Assembly: GCA_028534125.1 (NCBI GenBank)
Contig: CM052817.1
Location: 31,312,001 to 31,375,608 of the forward strand
Source: Lama glama
Lineage: Eukaryota
DNA: 63,608 nucleotides
Direction: 5' to 3'
Shown here: positions 13,186 to 28,155 of the stretch, piece after piece
Layout: the number at the start of each line of letters is the position of its first letter
Position numbering within the stretch: the first letter of the stretch is position 1
Notes under the pieces: model-generated
Told to the model about the DNA's origin: nothing
The model's input: the letters and a program-made list of their open reading frames with translations, nothing else
Databases searched by the model: none
Made by a program: the position numbers and the translations under genes

Positions 13186-14130
13186 AGTAAATGCTCCTGA
13201 TTCTCTCTACACACAACACTTCTGACACCAGATGTGTGAGGTTTTCTACACAAAACAATCCTTCAATTCGTGGTGGACACCAGCTGGGTGTCCTACGTTT
13301 AACTCAGTTCTGATAGTAACTGCCTGAAGAGTGCAAACTGCACAAGTTAAGGGCTCAGTCCCACAAGACTCCCCCATCCCTTCATATGCTAGTCAGAAGT
13401 CCTATGTTGTCAATGCTACTTCTGACAAACCAGCTATAAACCAGACGTCCCCATGACCCCCTCCTCATGTCCAATAATTTGCTAGAATAGCTCACAGAAC
13501 CCAGGGACACAGTTTACTTACTATTACTGATGTATTATAAACAGTGGAACTCAGAGTAAGAGCCATATGGAAGTGATGCATAGGCCAAGGTAACTAGGAA
13601 GGGACTCAGAGCTTCCATGCCTTCTCTGGGAGTACCACCCTCCCAGAACCTCAATGTGTTCACCAACCCGGAAGCTCTCCAGACCCCTTGGTTTAGGGTC
13701 TTTTATTGAGGTTTCATTACATAGGCCTGATTGATAAACCATTGGACATTAGTCACTAACTCAACCTCCAGCTCCTCTCCCCTCCCAGAAGGTCAGGGTT
13801 GGGGGGGTGGGATGTAGAAAGTTCCAGCTCTCTAATCTCACAGCTGATTCCCCTGGCAACCAGCCCCCATCCTTAGGAACTTTCCAAAGCTCACCTCATT
13901 AACATAAATTCAGCAGTGTTTGAAACGGGCTTGTTATGAATTTAACAAAAGATGCTATATTCAATTTTTCCCACTCTGGAGCTGTTTTAGGAGTCTGTGA
14001 CAAAAACCAGATGTAACAAATGATTCTCCTAAACATCTTACCACTTAAGAAACTACAAGGGTTTTAGGAGTTCAGGCCAGGAGCCAGGGACAAAGACCAA
14101 AATATATATTTCTTATTATATTGCATTTAC
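13186..14130. mobile_element. MER21-like LTR inserted in an L2 remnant
   Basis: acttctgacacca, agggctcagtcccacaagact, aatttgctagaatagctcacagaac motifs; family name from memory. Confidence 0.7.
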
Positions 14131-17100
14131 AAAGGAGATATCAAGTTTCTGGTTGGTTACGCAAGTCTGGAGTTTTGAAGAAAGGCTGGAAATAAACATT
14201 TGGGAGACTTCAGCATAGAGATGTTATAAAGTGTCACCAGATATATGAGCTCACTTAGGAGTGAATATCGTGGCCATGGGACACTTCAGCATTTAAAGAT
14301 TCAAGGAGGGGAACAAAAGGAGATAGAAGTTCAGTCAGAAAAGACTTGTAATGAAATGTCAAAAAAAAAAAGTCATAAAGAAAATTTTTCTTAATTCCAA
14401 AGGAAATGAGATAATTGTCATAGAATCATCAAAAGAGGTAATAAATTTTCAATTCCTTGAGGCCTTTGAAATTGGTTAGATCTCATTTTGTCAGGTATTA
14501 CTACTCCAGGGAGCTCAGCAGCGGTTAACCTGACATCTGAAGAGCCTTTCCAGGCTTGTTATTGGATTATTCCATTGTGTTTATTTTTCCAGGGTTAGCA
14601 TCAAAGCCACGATGCTAGGAACATATCAGTTCCTAATACAGACTGACAGTGCCCCGAGCAGTGGCTAATGCTCCCAAAGTTATTAGGGTGCATTCATTTC
14701 CACAACCACAGTGCTCTCCTCCTGAAGAGAAAGAAATCTGAGAAATCCTACTTCTGCGTAAACTCAACATACGTCGAAAAAAATATTCTTGACATTTATC
14801 TATAATAGTGATCTAGTCAGACTCATTATTTCTCTGAATTTGTGAAAAGAAAAAAAAACTCTAAAAAAATAGAAGTGAAACCCCTGAATGTGAGGTTGAT
14901 ATTCAAATATTATCTTAAAAAAAAAAACAGAACCATCTGGGAGCAGGATAATTCATTGGCACGTTGTGGTGTCCAGAAATAAGCAATCATTCTAGATAAG
15001 CTATGTCGCATTCCTTGTGACAGCACTATGAGGTGTTATTTTTTGTATGTTTTGTATGAAGAGAATTCCAGAACCTCCACTATTGTGTATTTCCCCTCCC
15101 CTCCCCCACTGCATGACTTTCCACATCTCTGCCTAGGCTGATGTGAATTCTTTCATCTTCTGGGCAATTCTACTTACCATTCTCTAGATGAGTGCCTTTT
15201 TTTCCCCTGACATTGCCAGTAGTAACCCATTAATTAATCATGAACTCAATTTAGTAATTTGCAGCAAGCATTTTTTTGAAAGAACTGAAATAGAATAGAT
15301 AAACGAGAAGGTTCCTGAGTACATAGCATGTTGTTTAAGAGTAAGTATTCTTTTCTGAAAGATTTGTCACAGCCGTGTTTTCTGGGTCACAGTACAAAAT
15401 GCATTTTGTAGGGGTCGTTTATTGTGGGTCATAATCAAGGAAGTTTGAACAGACTACCCTAGAAATAGTTACCCTCTTTAGTGCACCTGTCCTCTCTGCT
15501 CAGAAATTTTTTTCTCTTCCTCAAAACTCTGCTGAATAGTCACTTCTAAGAACTATTTGTTCCCCCAATGAGAACAGCATTTTGGAGTTTTTGTACCATG
15601 CTATCTGCTATGTGTCTTAAAACTGCAGCAAACACTCAGGAAAGTCCAATCAAGTAAAGCAAAATCAGAGGCTGCTAGATCATCCAGTTTATCTCACTTT
15701 AGCTTTTTCCACCGTGAGATTAGATGTTCCATTTCTCTTAGTCATCAAAGGTAGGTCTGGGAATTTTCAGCTTCCAAGGGAACTTTATAGATGAGGTATC
15801 AGACAGTGTGGTGATTTAGACAATGTTGTCTTTCCATTCTCTTAATAATCATCTGGCTTGCTTTGTTGGTGTTTGTTAAGCGTATTTCTCTCAGCCTTTG
15901 TCTTTCTGGACTAAAGTCCCAGAAAGTCCTGCCAGCCCCTGACCATTCATCCACAGCTGCCAACTCTAACACCCTTTTAGTCATTCTCTAGACCCCATTC
16001 ATCTCTAATAAAATATATTCACCTCACTAAACAGAAGTGCATACAGTTTTCTAAGTTCAGATGTCCCATGATTTTCTACAAAGGCAAGAACCTGTTTCTT
16101 CTTATCAGTTCCCAACAAAACACAGCCTTATTGTGATCTCTTTATAATTCCTCACTGGGAACATTACAAACTGCAAAACTCCTTTATCTAGGCCTTTACT
16201 GCATTTCATTGTGTGAGCCAATCATTTTAAAATTATAGTTTTAATTATTTGACCCCCAAGTGTACTCTGGTGGAACTTACCCATACTGAAGCTCATCCAC
16301 TGGTTGTAAGATGATGTTTAAATATGTTAATTATGACCAGTCCCATCAAGGTCAATACCTGGACAATCTATTTATCTTTATCATTTGTTGTATGATACCT
16401 GTTCCAAATCTCATATACAATTTAAAAGATAATAATGCTAATCATTGTTATGATAACTTTTGAAAGTTTAAATCTATTTACAACTCAAATAAATTATTTA
16501 GTTCTGGCTTCCTGTTTGAAAGGATCATATAATTTGAAGAAAGTGATCTTAACTGGGCTCAGGAAGCAAAGTTTCAATCCACATTGCCAAGATCCACCAC
16601 ATGCTATATTTGATTGCAAATGTGTTTGAAATATTGTTAATCTATATTATGCATTATGTGTGCGAGTGTGTGTGAGAGAGAGAGAGAGATTTATTTTTGA
16701 CCACTCTCTCTGAGCTGCAAAAAAGCAATGGCTTTTTTTGGTTTGGTGTGTAGGCCAGGGGAGCAGGCCCCCTCTCAAAGCTGCAGACAAAATGAGACTA
16801 AGTCAGTTTTGTTAAATAAGAGTCTATATTAAAGGATTTAGCACTACAATCTAAATAAAGAATTTCAAAAAAGAAAAAAAGAACTATCCATTATTTCAGT
16901 TCAGTAAAAAAATCACTTTCATTTTTATACCACCAAAGAGTCTTCTCTCTCTTTAATCAATGAATTTCAATGCCCGGTTATTTTAGACATGAAAATGAAA
17001 GAAATATAATCAAAGAAAATTTCATGTTACTTTACTGTGGTATGTTTCTCTGGTAATTTTATGTATTTGGTGCTCTGTGGGCATTGTTAAATTATATTCG

Positions 17101-17309
17101 AATGGAGCAGTGGAAATACTCATAATGTAGATCTATTAATTATCAGTATTTTTAGCAAACTAAGGAAGTAGGGAGAGTGACCTATTACACCCAAAAGTGA
17201 GTGGAAAAGAATGACATTTCTATCCTGGAGCCCCTCTGCTAATGGTAGACAAATGTTCATCCTTCAGATGCCTTGTGTGACTCATCTGTCACTCTGCCAG
17301 GAGTAAACA

Positions 17310-17520
17310 AGGAGACCACAGGGGGATATCAGGGAACACCGTGGGCTTTGGTACTACCAGGATACATGTGCTCCTCAGCATCATGAATCTTGTGACAAAC
17401 CCAGGAAACAGGCTCCCTACTCTCTGAAGAACTAACTGAAGCAGCTTCTTGGACCAAGTCCAGCTGGCTAAAGCTCAGCTCAGATGAAACAAAAAGGATC
17501 TTAACTGAAAAGAGCAGAAA
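17310..17520 (+). mobile_element. Very ancient L2/CR1-clade LINE RT fragment
   Basis: RPQGDIREHRGLWYYQDTCAPQ aligns to a remembered xPLGEIIRRHGLxxHQYADDTQ; LSEELTEAASWTKSSWLKLSSDETKRIL aligns to LxxCLxxIxxWMxxxWLKLNPDKTEVL; frameshifted. Confidence 0.5.
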
Positions 17521-17999
17521 TTGGCCATCTGACAAGAAATCCAATATCAACTCTTTTTAAGGGCCAACATTGTCAGCCTGGTGAGTAATTTTGTGGTATA
17601 TTGCTATTTTCAGAATCCTAAATGAATGTATCAGTGAAAAATGCATTCTTTCACCTTTAACTCATCGGGAAACCAAGAGCGAGACGTGAAATGTAATTCT
17701 AGTATTGTCTCGAAGTTACTCAGTATGCACTCTGACTAACCTAAAGTGGAAACATACAGATAGCAGGCCTATTATCACCAAGTAGAACCCCGTAAAGCAC
17801 TCAACTCGGTCCGCGTAGAAAGCAATCAAGTACAACCTCATAGGTAAATAAACTGAACCACGGGTCAAATGTCCAGGCTTTGCCACTAAATTAGCTGTGT
17901 GAATTTATACTTAGCTTCTCTTTTTTCCTTCTTCATTTGAAATCGTTCAAATATACCAAAAACTGTAGAGAGAATATATACACATGTGTGTACCTAGGT

Positions 18000-18240
18000 T
18001 TATGAAAGTGTTAAGAGCAGGCACCCTAGAGTCTCACTGTCTGGGTTCAAATAGTTCATTCTCTTCCTGTGGGCCTTGGACAAATTACTTAAACTCTCTG
18101 TGCCTCCATTTCCTCATCTGTTAAACAGGAAACATAATGGAAACTACCTTATAAATTGTGAAGGTTAAATGAATTGACATCTGAAAAGTACTTGGGGCAG
18201 AGCCTGGCACAAACTAAGCACTAAGTAAGTGTTGTTACTA
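18000..18240 (+). mobile_element. MIR SINE (others at ~4440-4610, 11580-11760, 51810-51990, 59595-59820, 60650-60800)
   Basis: Core ctctctgtgcctccatttcctcatctgttaaa...gcctggcaca. Confidence 0.75.
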
Positions 18241-18837
18241 TTCAAACATTTTATAGTATTCCACTGTATGAATATATTCAGATTTCTATGTCTAGTCTCC
18301 TTTTTATGAAACTTAAGTTATTCACAATTTTTTACTACTACCAACAGTCTTCGACGTATGCGTATGTGGCCACTATTTATAGTGACTACACGTATCTAAG
18401 AAAGAAATTGCTGGATTTTAGGTCAGCCCAACTTTAGGCTCTAGCAGGTATTAGTATATTTCTTCCCAACACATGGTAAAAATTCCCACGCTGACTCGAA
18501 GTTCCTGTTGCTGCATCCTCATCAACTTTAGTGTTGCCTGATCATCATTTCTCTATTTGTAAAATGAAGAGAAGTTAACTAGATGATCCCCAGTCTTCAT
18601 GCATTTTCAATGTTCTCTGATTTCCTTTCCTTGAATTTCCCGCTTTTCCCCTTCACCTAGAGATAAACTAATCCAGTGAATAGCAACCTATTTCTTTTGA
18701 GTCTATAAGCCTATTGCTTGGTGTTTTATATTCTACCATCTAAAATCCAGAATATCTAATAATACAACTTCAATAGTCATAAAGAAGAATATCATCTAAA
18801 TTGACATTGTCCAAGCCAGGCATACTTTCAACACTAA

Positions 18838-20078
18838 TAAACTCGAAATGGCTTAAAGACTTAAACATAAGATGACACCATAAATCTCCTAGATGAGAAC
18901 ATAGACAAAATATTCTCTGATATAAATCGTGGCAGTGTTCTCCTAGGTCAGTCTACCAAGCAAAAATAAACAAATGGGACCTAATTAAACTTATAAGCTT
19001 TTGCACGGTGAAGGAAACTTTAACAAAAGAAAAAGACAACCTATGAAATGGGAGAAAATATTTGCAAACAATGCAGCTGACAAGGGCTTAATTTCCAGAA
19101 TATACAAACAGCTCATACAACTCAATAACAAAACAACAAACAACCCAATCCAAAAATGGGCAGAAGACCTAAATAAACAATTCTCCAGTGAAAACATACA
19201 AATGGCCAATAGGCACATGAGAAAATGTTCAGTATCACCAATTATTAGAGAAATGAAAATCAAAACTACGAGATATTTACTTCACACTGGTAAGAATGGC
19301 CATCATTAAAAAGTCCACAAATGATAAATGCTGGAGAGGGTGGAGAATAGGGAACCCTTCTACACTATTGGTGGGAGTGTAGTTTGGCACAGCCATTATG
19401 GAAAACAGTATAGAGATTCCTTAAGAAACTAAAAAAGACTTACTGTGTGATCCAGCAATCCCACTCCTGGGCAAATATCCAGAGGAAACTCTAATTTGAA
19501 AAGATACATGCACCCCACAGCAGCACTATTTACAATAGCCAAGACATGGAAGTACCTAAATGTCCATCAACAGATAAAGAAGTTGTAGTGTATTTATACA
19601 ATGGAATACTACTCAGCCATAAAAAAGAATAAAATAATGCCATTGGCAGCAACATGCATGGACCTGGAGATCATCATTCTAAGTAAAGTAACCAGAAAGA
19701 GAAAGAAAAATACCATATGATATCACTTATATGTAGAATCTAAAAAAAAAAAAAAGACACAAATGAACTTATTTACAAAGAACAGACTCACAGACATAGA
19801 AAACAAACTTGTAGTTACCAGGGAGAAAGGGGATAGGGAGGGATAAATTAGGAGTTCAAGATTTGCAGATACTAACTATCATATATAAAATAGGTAAGAA
19901 ACATGGTCCTACTGAATAGCAAATTCAATATCTTGTAATGGCCTATAATGAAAAAGAATAGGAAAAGGAATATATTTATATATATATATATATATATAAC
20001 TGAATCCCTATGCTCTAGAAAATAACCAGAAAATAACACAACACTGTAAAACGACTATACTTCAATTAGAAAAAAAGA
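18838..20078 (+). mobile_element. 5'-truncated L1: ORF2 C-terminus plus 3'UTR
   Basis: ORF 19001..19309 ([13 protein letters not shown]...[11 protein letters not shown]) is L1 ORF2; 3'UTR and A tail follow. Confidence 0.95.
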
Positions 20079-21607
20079 TCTATAGTTTTCAAGATTTTTA
20101 AAGCAATAAACTTTTTAATGTAAAAAGATAAGCTGAATTTCAATATAAATGCTACTTGCTCCTTTTTTCCCCTTTTGTTTACCTCTAATACACATCTTAC
20201 ACATTGGTAAAAGCGTCTTATAATTTAATTATTATTAGGACTTATTTGAACTTCCTGAATATAAGAAATATTGAAATGCTTCAATTTATCATGTTATTTT
20301 ACCCATTAAATTTGCATTTTAAACTTTATTTGATTATGTGTTCATTTTAGACTGGTGTATATTTTGTTATACTAAAATCTTCTGGAAATATTCGTGTTAG
20401 AAAAAAATTGCCCATTATTACCAAAGAGTTCTGATTTTACTACCTATAATTTCTGCAGAAAAACAAAAAACAAAAAACAGCGTCAGTCTTCGAAGGTTAT
20501 AATCATAGACCAGCATTGCCTCCTAGTGGTAAGAAGCTTAACTGCATCATATTTCAAGTTGGAAAAAAAAGATTTGCAAAACTCATCTTTTCCTAGGAGA
20601 ACATAACATTATAATACAGCTGGGGGACAGAGTAATTATCAGACCTGCTGGCAAGACTAGGTGATGGGTTTCCTGCTGTCTCACTGATCTTCCATCTATG
20701 AGCCCCAGAATTCTCTCTCTCATCTTCCTCTCAGATCCAGTGATAAAAGATCTTCGAACTTTAGCCAGTTCAGCCTTGTCCTTATATTAAGCTTGTCCTT
20801 AGTCTTAATATGTTAAGATGTTAGTTCCAAACAGCCAACTAGAGTGTGGAATCAGCCTGAGATACGGGTGGTCTCTCAGTAGTGAAAAAGTGAGCTCCTC
20901 TTTGGCATCCATGTGTACCCAGGGCAGCACCCTTACCCATAAGTCTCCCCAAAGCCACGTATTTCCTGTCTTTAAAAAAACAAAACAAAACAAAAACTTA
21001 AGACTCACAGAGCTTTGGGTCAGAGGTCATCAAATCAGAACCCTTGGATATGTCTCTAGCTCAGATCAGACTCCAAGTCCGCACCCTCCTGGATGCTGTG
21101 ATTGGAACTGCCTCTCCCTGGGAGCAGCCCAGAGCCAAGTGTGTAACCCTCATTCATTCCTGTCTTACAAATCTGCCTGATATGAGTAGCCAGCAAGCGT
21201 TTTTACAGTGTCTTACGGGTTTTTACAACAGGCAAGAAAGAGCACAAAGAGAAGAATAAAATGCAGATGGAGGAGAATGGATAATAAGAAAAGAGAGGAA
21301 GAGGAGCACTTGTCTTAGGCAGAAATCACCTTCCATATTACGGATGATCCACCCACTCCAGGACTAGCCACTTTCTCTTCAGTGATGAAATACTACTGGC
21401 TGATATTAAAGAGATAGGTAAAACGTAGAAGGGAAACATAAGACTACAAAAACAATAAATAGAGCAATGAATATTCTATTGGTAGAGTAGAATAAATTCT
21501 ATCATTGGCATATACTGACTGAGGTCCATATAAATATCTGAAATGTCAAATTAACAAGAAGCCATGTTATTAGTAACAGGGACAAAAGTCGTATCAATTC
21601 CAGTGAT

Positions 21608-23185
21608 CTGTGTTAAGAATTTTTTTTTGCTGCAATATATATATTTTAATTCAAAGTGAATAGACAGTAATACACCATCAGTTCTTATTCTGACACTCAC
21701 CGAAATAGTTACCTGGAAAACCCACTTTTTGTGACAAAGTACGGAAGGCTTGGTCACATTTAAATCACTGAGAACTAGAAAGAAATACTACTGCAAACCA
21801 TAATAGACATTACATCCATAAAAGTTTCCCAGTCCTCATTGTAATACTGCACAGTGCAACTGCTACATGGCAAACTAGTGTAGTATACAAGCAGAAACAA
21901 AAACAAACCAAAGAAAGAAAGCCACAAGTCTAAAATCGTAAAACAGTTAACAGTTCAAACTTCGTAATCAAATCTATATCATTGGGTTTGTTAAAACAAA
22001 TCTTCCTATACCTTGTAGTGTCTGATTTAACTATTACTTAACACAAACCGAAATTTTTAAGTTAGTAGTAGAAATTATTAAAATGAAAAAGTTTGCTAAT
22101 ACAGTAACATATTTAAACACCCTGAAGGAAAAGAAATGAAATATCAGGATATTTGATTAAAAATAATTTGCAAATTAAAGTAGTATGCAAATATGCAACT
22201 TTTATTTAAGAAAGCTGTAAAAGCAAAGAAAACTGGTAAAAACGATTTTAAAGAGGGTATAAATACAGATTCTTTTGTCAATATGCTAAATTTAGACTTC
22301 AGCAGGATCTTGAAATTTTTTTCTTTTTAAACACATAAAAAGCCCGTGATTAGAATCAGTTAAAAGCAGTGTACTTAACTCAAACAGTATTTATTATATT
22401 ATGAAAACATTAAAGTTTACCATTTACTGTCAACTTAATAAGACATCTCAGTCTTAGAACTGACATACAGAAAATACGACGTTTCAGGGTAGTAAACATG
22501 GCCCTGAACAAAAAGAAAACTGCTCCAGTTTTGTCCCTGGTACAAACATCAATCAATCCTTTGCACTTGGTGTTTCTGAAACTTCTGCTGCTGCCAGCAC
22601 TGATCCTTTTCCTACGAGTGAGTAGATACGGTTATCTGCTGGATGATAGAAATAAAATTAGAAGGCTGTGGAGGGCAGCAAGTTTACTTAAATAGTGACT
22701 CCATAAGTTTGCCATCTGTAAATAATAATTTTAAATTAACCTTAGGCTACTCCTTTTTATGTGTTATATATATTTCTATTTATATAAAATGCATAGAATT
22801 GATTACTAAAAACACTGAAACTTGTGGGGAAAATTAAGTCCTTCATTTTCAGTGTGACCAGAAATGTACTGCTGGTTTTTATTTTATGATCTAATATTGT
22901 AATTTAAAAATCAATTTCAGGTACATTTATTTCTTTGATGATTATTAAATAAAACACTGCTTGTATTAATGAAGTAAAGGAAAATCTGTCCATTATTAGC
23001 TTATTGTCAATGCTACTAGAACTGTACTAGTAATTTGCAATTAATTTACCAAAGCAATGCTATAAATCCAAAACATTTGGAGAGTTTTGCACTCAAATGC
23101 TTTTAAAAGATTTTTAAGGAAAAAAAGTTAAGTCAAGCCTGCAAGATACAGCTTTCTCAAATGTCTACTGTGCTAAGAATTTTTT
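21608..23185 (-). pseudogene. Retroposed 3'UTR-like fragment (~1.55 kb) of an unidentified gene, with target-site duplication
   Basis: Direct repeats ctgtg(t/c)taagaatttttt at 21608-21625 and 23168-23185 (17/18); minus-strand ATTAAA at 21645-21650, then an A-run 17 nt downstream; no ORF. Confidence 0.75.
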
Positions 23186-23321
23186 GAGCCACATCTGGGT
23201 TTAGCAGTAGAGAGCTATCTGATTGATTAGCAATGTCTTTCAGGACCACACATTTGTCATACAGTTACTTTTTCTTTTCTAGAACTAGCCTCCAACCAGT
23301 TCCTTCCTGGTTCTCTAGCTA

Positions 23322-23460
23322 GATGCTGCTCAAGATTTAATGAGAGTATGAATCACCTAGGGGTCTTGCTAAAATGCACATTCTGATACAGCAGGTCTGG
23401 AGTAGGACCTGAGATTCTGAATTTCTAAGAAGCTCCCAGGTGATGTCCATGCTGGCCCAC
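23322..23460. mobile_element. MER5A-like hAT MITE (another at ~44030-44215)
   Basis: gaatcacctaggggtcttgctaaaatgcacattctga...aagctcccaggtgatg. Confidence 0.75.
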
Positions 23461-23689
23461 AGAACTTCCAGGCCTCCTTTTCTAGCATTACAACAATTTC
23501 CTTTGCTCATCACCCAGCAATAGTATTACCTTTCTCCCTTTTTATTATTGCTGGCTGGTAGCCACAGCTGTCAGGCCTTAATAACCACAGAATTTTAAAA
23601 CTTTATCATAAAGGAGTCTACAACATTTTTTGATTTTCAGTATTATATGTATGTATATATATAATAAAGTCTCTGATTTGTCATGCCTT

Positions 23690-23866
23690 AATTTTTTGTT
23701 TTTTTTATTTTTATTTGTAGTTTTAACACTTTATTGTGGTATGGTTCCTGTACAGTAAACTACAGATATTTCAGATGTACACTTTGATGAATTTTGATAG
23801 ATAATATACACCAATGAAACCACCACCACAATCAAGATAGCTAACATTTCCATCAGTCCCCAAGAG
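23690..23866 (-). mobile_element. Old L1M 3' end, same strand as CNGA1
   Basis: T-rich tail, tttatt, aaccaccaccacaatcaagata; gtcatgc flanking repeats at 23680 and 23867. Confidence 0.65.
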
Positions 23867-24016
23867 GTCATGCTTTTAGTTAGAAGTTTCTCTCAACCCT
23901 GCTTCCCAAATCCTAGAATACAATGGTTAAGCTCCTTTAGATGACTTGGAAGCGCTACAAGATCCTAAACTCTCTACTAAATTATCAAATAAATAGTAGT
24001 CACTACAACTTTAGGA

Positions 24017-24032
24017 TTTATTTTCCTTTATT
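24017..24032 (-). terminator. CNGA1: Tandem AATAAA polyadenylation signals, probable CNGA1 3' end (another at 24203-24208)
   Basis: tttatt on the plus strand at 24017-24022 and 24027-24032, ~400 nt after the stop. Confidence 0.55.
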
Positions 24033-24436
24033 GCAATCTAATTCTTAAATGGTATTCTGAACATGATGTACACAGTAATTCCCAGTTGCTCCTCAACAAT
24101 GTAAATTGCCCAAAAGTGAGGGATCCTTGTTCACTTTTATAAAGAGTCTTACATAAAAGGAGCATATGTGAAAAAAAATCAAAAGGTACAGATTCTGACA
24201 AGTTTATTGGTTTCTATCTTTGCATATTATCCATTGTGAAAAATTCAAAGTGCGATGATTCTGTAGTCACAGTACCTCACAAGGGAATGTGCAGCCTTGT
24301 GCCCTGCACCAAAGCACATTTTCCTTATGGAAGAATTTCCAGATGACTATTCCTCTTCTTCCAACTTACAGCTGCCTTTATCACATCACTGAAAGGATCA
24401 CGAGGCATAACCTTATGCATAACCAGCTTTTCAGTC

Positions 24437-25873
<1,437 letters not shown>

Positions 25874-27162
25874 TTAATGGAGTTTTTTTTCTTTTTATGC
25901 CATTGTGAATTTTTCTAAAGTAACTCCCAATGAACTCCACTGAGTTCAAAACAAGAGTTCATTTCCAATCAACATTGCTTGTAGCAATGTGGTAAGATAT
26001 GAGTACTGATCAACATAAGGCTGTGGAAAATATTCTTTTGCAGAAATAAAAAGTAACACTTTGTAACTGCGAAAGTGAGAGACTATGTGCAATGTATATT
26101 ACAAGGTATGTACACAAATCTCTCTAGATTCAGCATCTCACCCATGTAAAGCCATTCCTTTTATGAACAGTGTTCTTGGAAAGTTTTCTGAACACCCTAG
26201 CACTGTGCCTAACTCCCTGTGCCACTCTCGTGTCAGAACCCCGGCCCCAACCTTGAACCTTGAGGACCTCCTTGCTATTTGACAATTGTGCATATTCTTG
26301 CCTTGCCTCTTCGATGTGAAGCATCCGTCCTCTGAGACTTCATTTTCATCTCTCCTTCTGGCTCCCCAGGCCTCCTTAGACATTGGGATCTTCCCTTCTC
26401 CTAAATTGCTACCATGAGCCTTGTGTATTAAACCCAGGATTTCAGTACTATGATATATTTCACTAGGGAAGGAATCTGCTTCTCTTCCTCTACTGGTTAC
26501 CAGCTGTGAATAGAACAGAACTGAAGTATTGCTCCAGTGCACTGAGAGCAGAGAATGTCCCTATTTTACATAATGATTCTTAAAAGCCATACTCTGTGTA
26601 CACAGGTTACCTTTGCTTGTGGAGAGTAGTACAGACAAGGAGCTTATACCTACTTAAGAAGAATATTTAAGTAGGAAGCTATCAGATCCTGCCCAGATTA
26701 TTGGTCAATAATGCCTCACCATGGAGCACAAAGTTGAATTAAGGATGTATATCCTGTTTCTTGTAAAATTTCTTGCACAGCTCGGCTGGATAAGATGACA
26801 TTTTTCCCCATGCTTCTTCAAGGAATCTCTGTTAGGTAGCAATTACCCTTTCCCTACGGAGCTGGCAGAATATTTCTGTTCTCTCTATTCCTCCCGCCTG
26901 GCATAAACCCAGTGAACAGGATAACAGAGGAAAGCCATCAATCCGCATTCAGAAGGTTGCCTAGTAGTGGCCTCCTGAATCAGCTGGAGTGGCCTAAGCC
27001 TGTGGGTGGGAATATGGTACTCTTGCCTTCAATGGTGCCTTTTCTTCTGAAACAAATTTTTGTTAGTTTATTTTGAAGAACACTTGAATTAAGAAATTTC
27101 AAATTATAGGGAGAGAGATAAAACCATGAAATTATGAAATATCCAAAACTGAACATATTTAC

Positions 27163-27269
27163 CTGTCCTTGTTCGTACAAACATATCAAGAAGATAGACT
27201 AAATCTGACAAGTAATCAAAAATGAGCCAGTATTCCAGGTAATCAGACTGAAGTTCATCAAAACATGCT
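27163..27269 (-). CDS. CNGA1: CNGA1 exon (107 nt), (R)[35 protein letters not shown](G), S2
   Basis: Acceptor ttcttttacag, donor GTAAAT; frame continuous. Confidence 0.97.
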
Positions 27270-28047
27270 CTGTAAAAGAAAAACTTGTATAAATAGGGTG
27301 AAATGGGACCATTTTCAGTAGAAGTCCTCTTTGTATCATTTTTATCATGGTGAGAAGTGTAGCATGCTCAGGTTGGGAGGGTCCATAGGGCCCATTTAAT
27401 CAACCGTGACTTTCCCAAATCCTTTCCTGAGTCTGAGGGTTGGACTTAGTTTTCTCATACTTCTGAATTTCAGCATTCTTTCCATTAGACTAGTCAACTT
27501 TGTAAAAACATCAAATGAGAATAAATGACCTCAAGGTAATGTCAAAATATTTGGGGTGATACACATTGATAACCAGGTTCATATTTACTATCTGTACCCC
27601 AAAATGCCTCAGGGAATCACGCTTGGCCCTGGATGGCTGAGATGTTTACTGTCTAAAAGACAGAAACCATAGATATCACTTGGGAAACACATCTGACTCT
27701 ACACAACCTAGGATCCTTAATCTTTTTCCAGTCCTGGCAAAATGTTTCCTTGTAGCCAAAGAAAATAAAGTTTCTCCCAAAGTTCTAATTAAATGATTGA
27801 GCAATCAAACATTTAAAAGGATGTCCTGCCCCACACCTCCTCCTCATCCCAGTACTGGATTTCCAAGGATATTGGGAACCAAAGCATCTACTCCTGAACT
27901 TAGGGACACACATTGAGAATGACGTAGACTCCTCTCCAACCTGTGGTGGAGAAAGGAGGTACGTCCTGAAGAGCTCTAGGCCAGACTGCTAAGTCAGCTA
28001 ACTTAGAAACTAGAAGTGGGTTGAGAGCCAGAAAAAAATACAGACAC

Positions 28048-28155
28048 CTTGCAATAATCATAGTCCAGTTGTACATAACAGGTAAGGTGATGCAAAACAG
28101 CCAGTTGTAATATATGTTTCCTGAGGGATCAATAACCGTGACTTCCTTCTTCTCC
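28048..28155 (-). CDS. CNGA1: CNGA1 exon (108 nt), [35 protein letters not shown](R), S1
   Basis: Acceptor gctgctag, weak donor GTGTCT at 28047; frame continuous. Confidence 0.96.

Noticed and set aside
21630..23167. Naming the parent gene of the 3'UTR retrocopy
   Set aside because: The sequence seems familiar but I cannot assign it reliably without a database search
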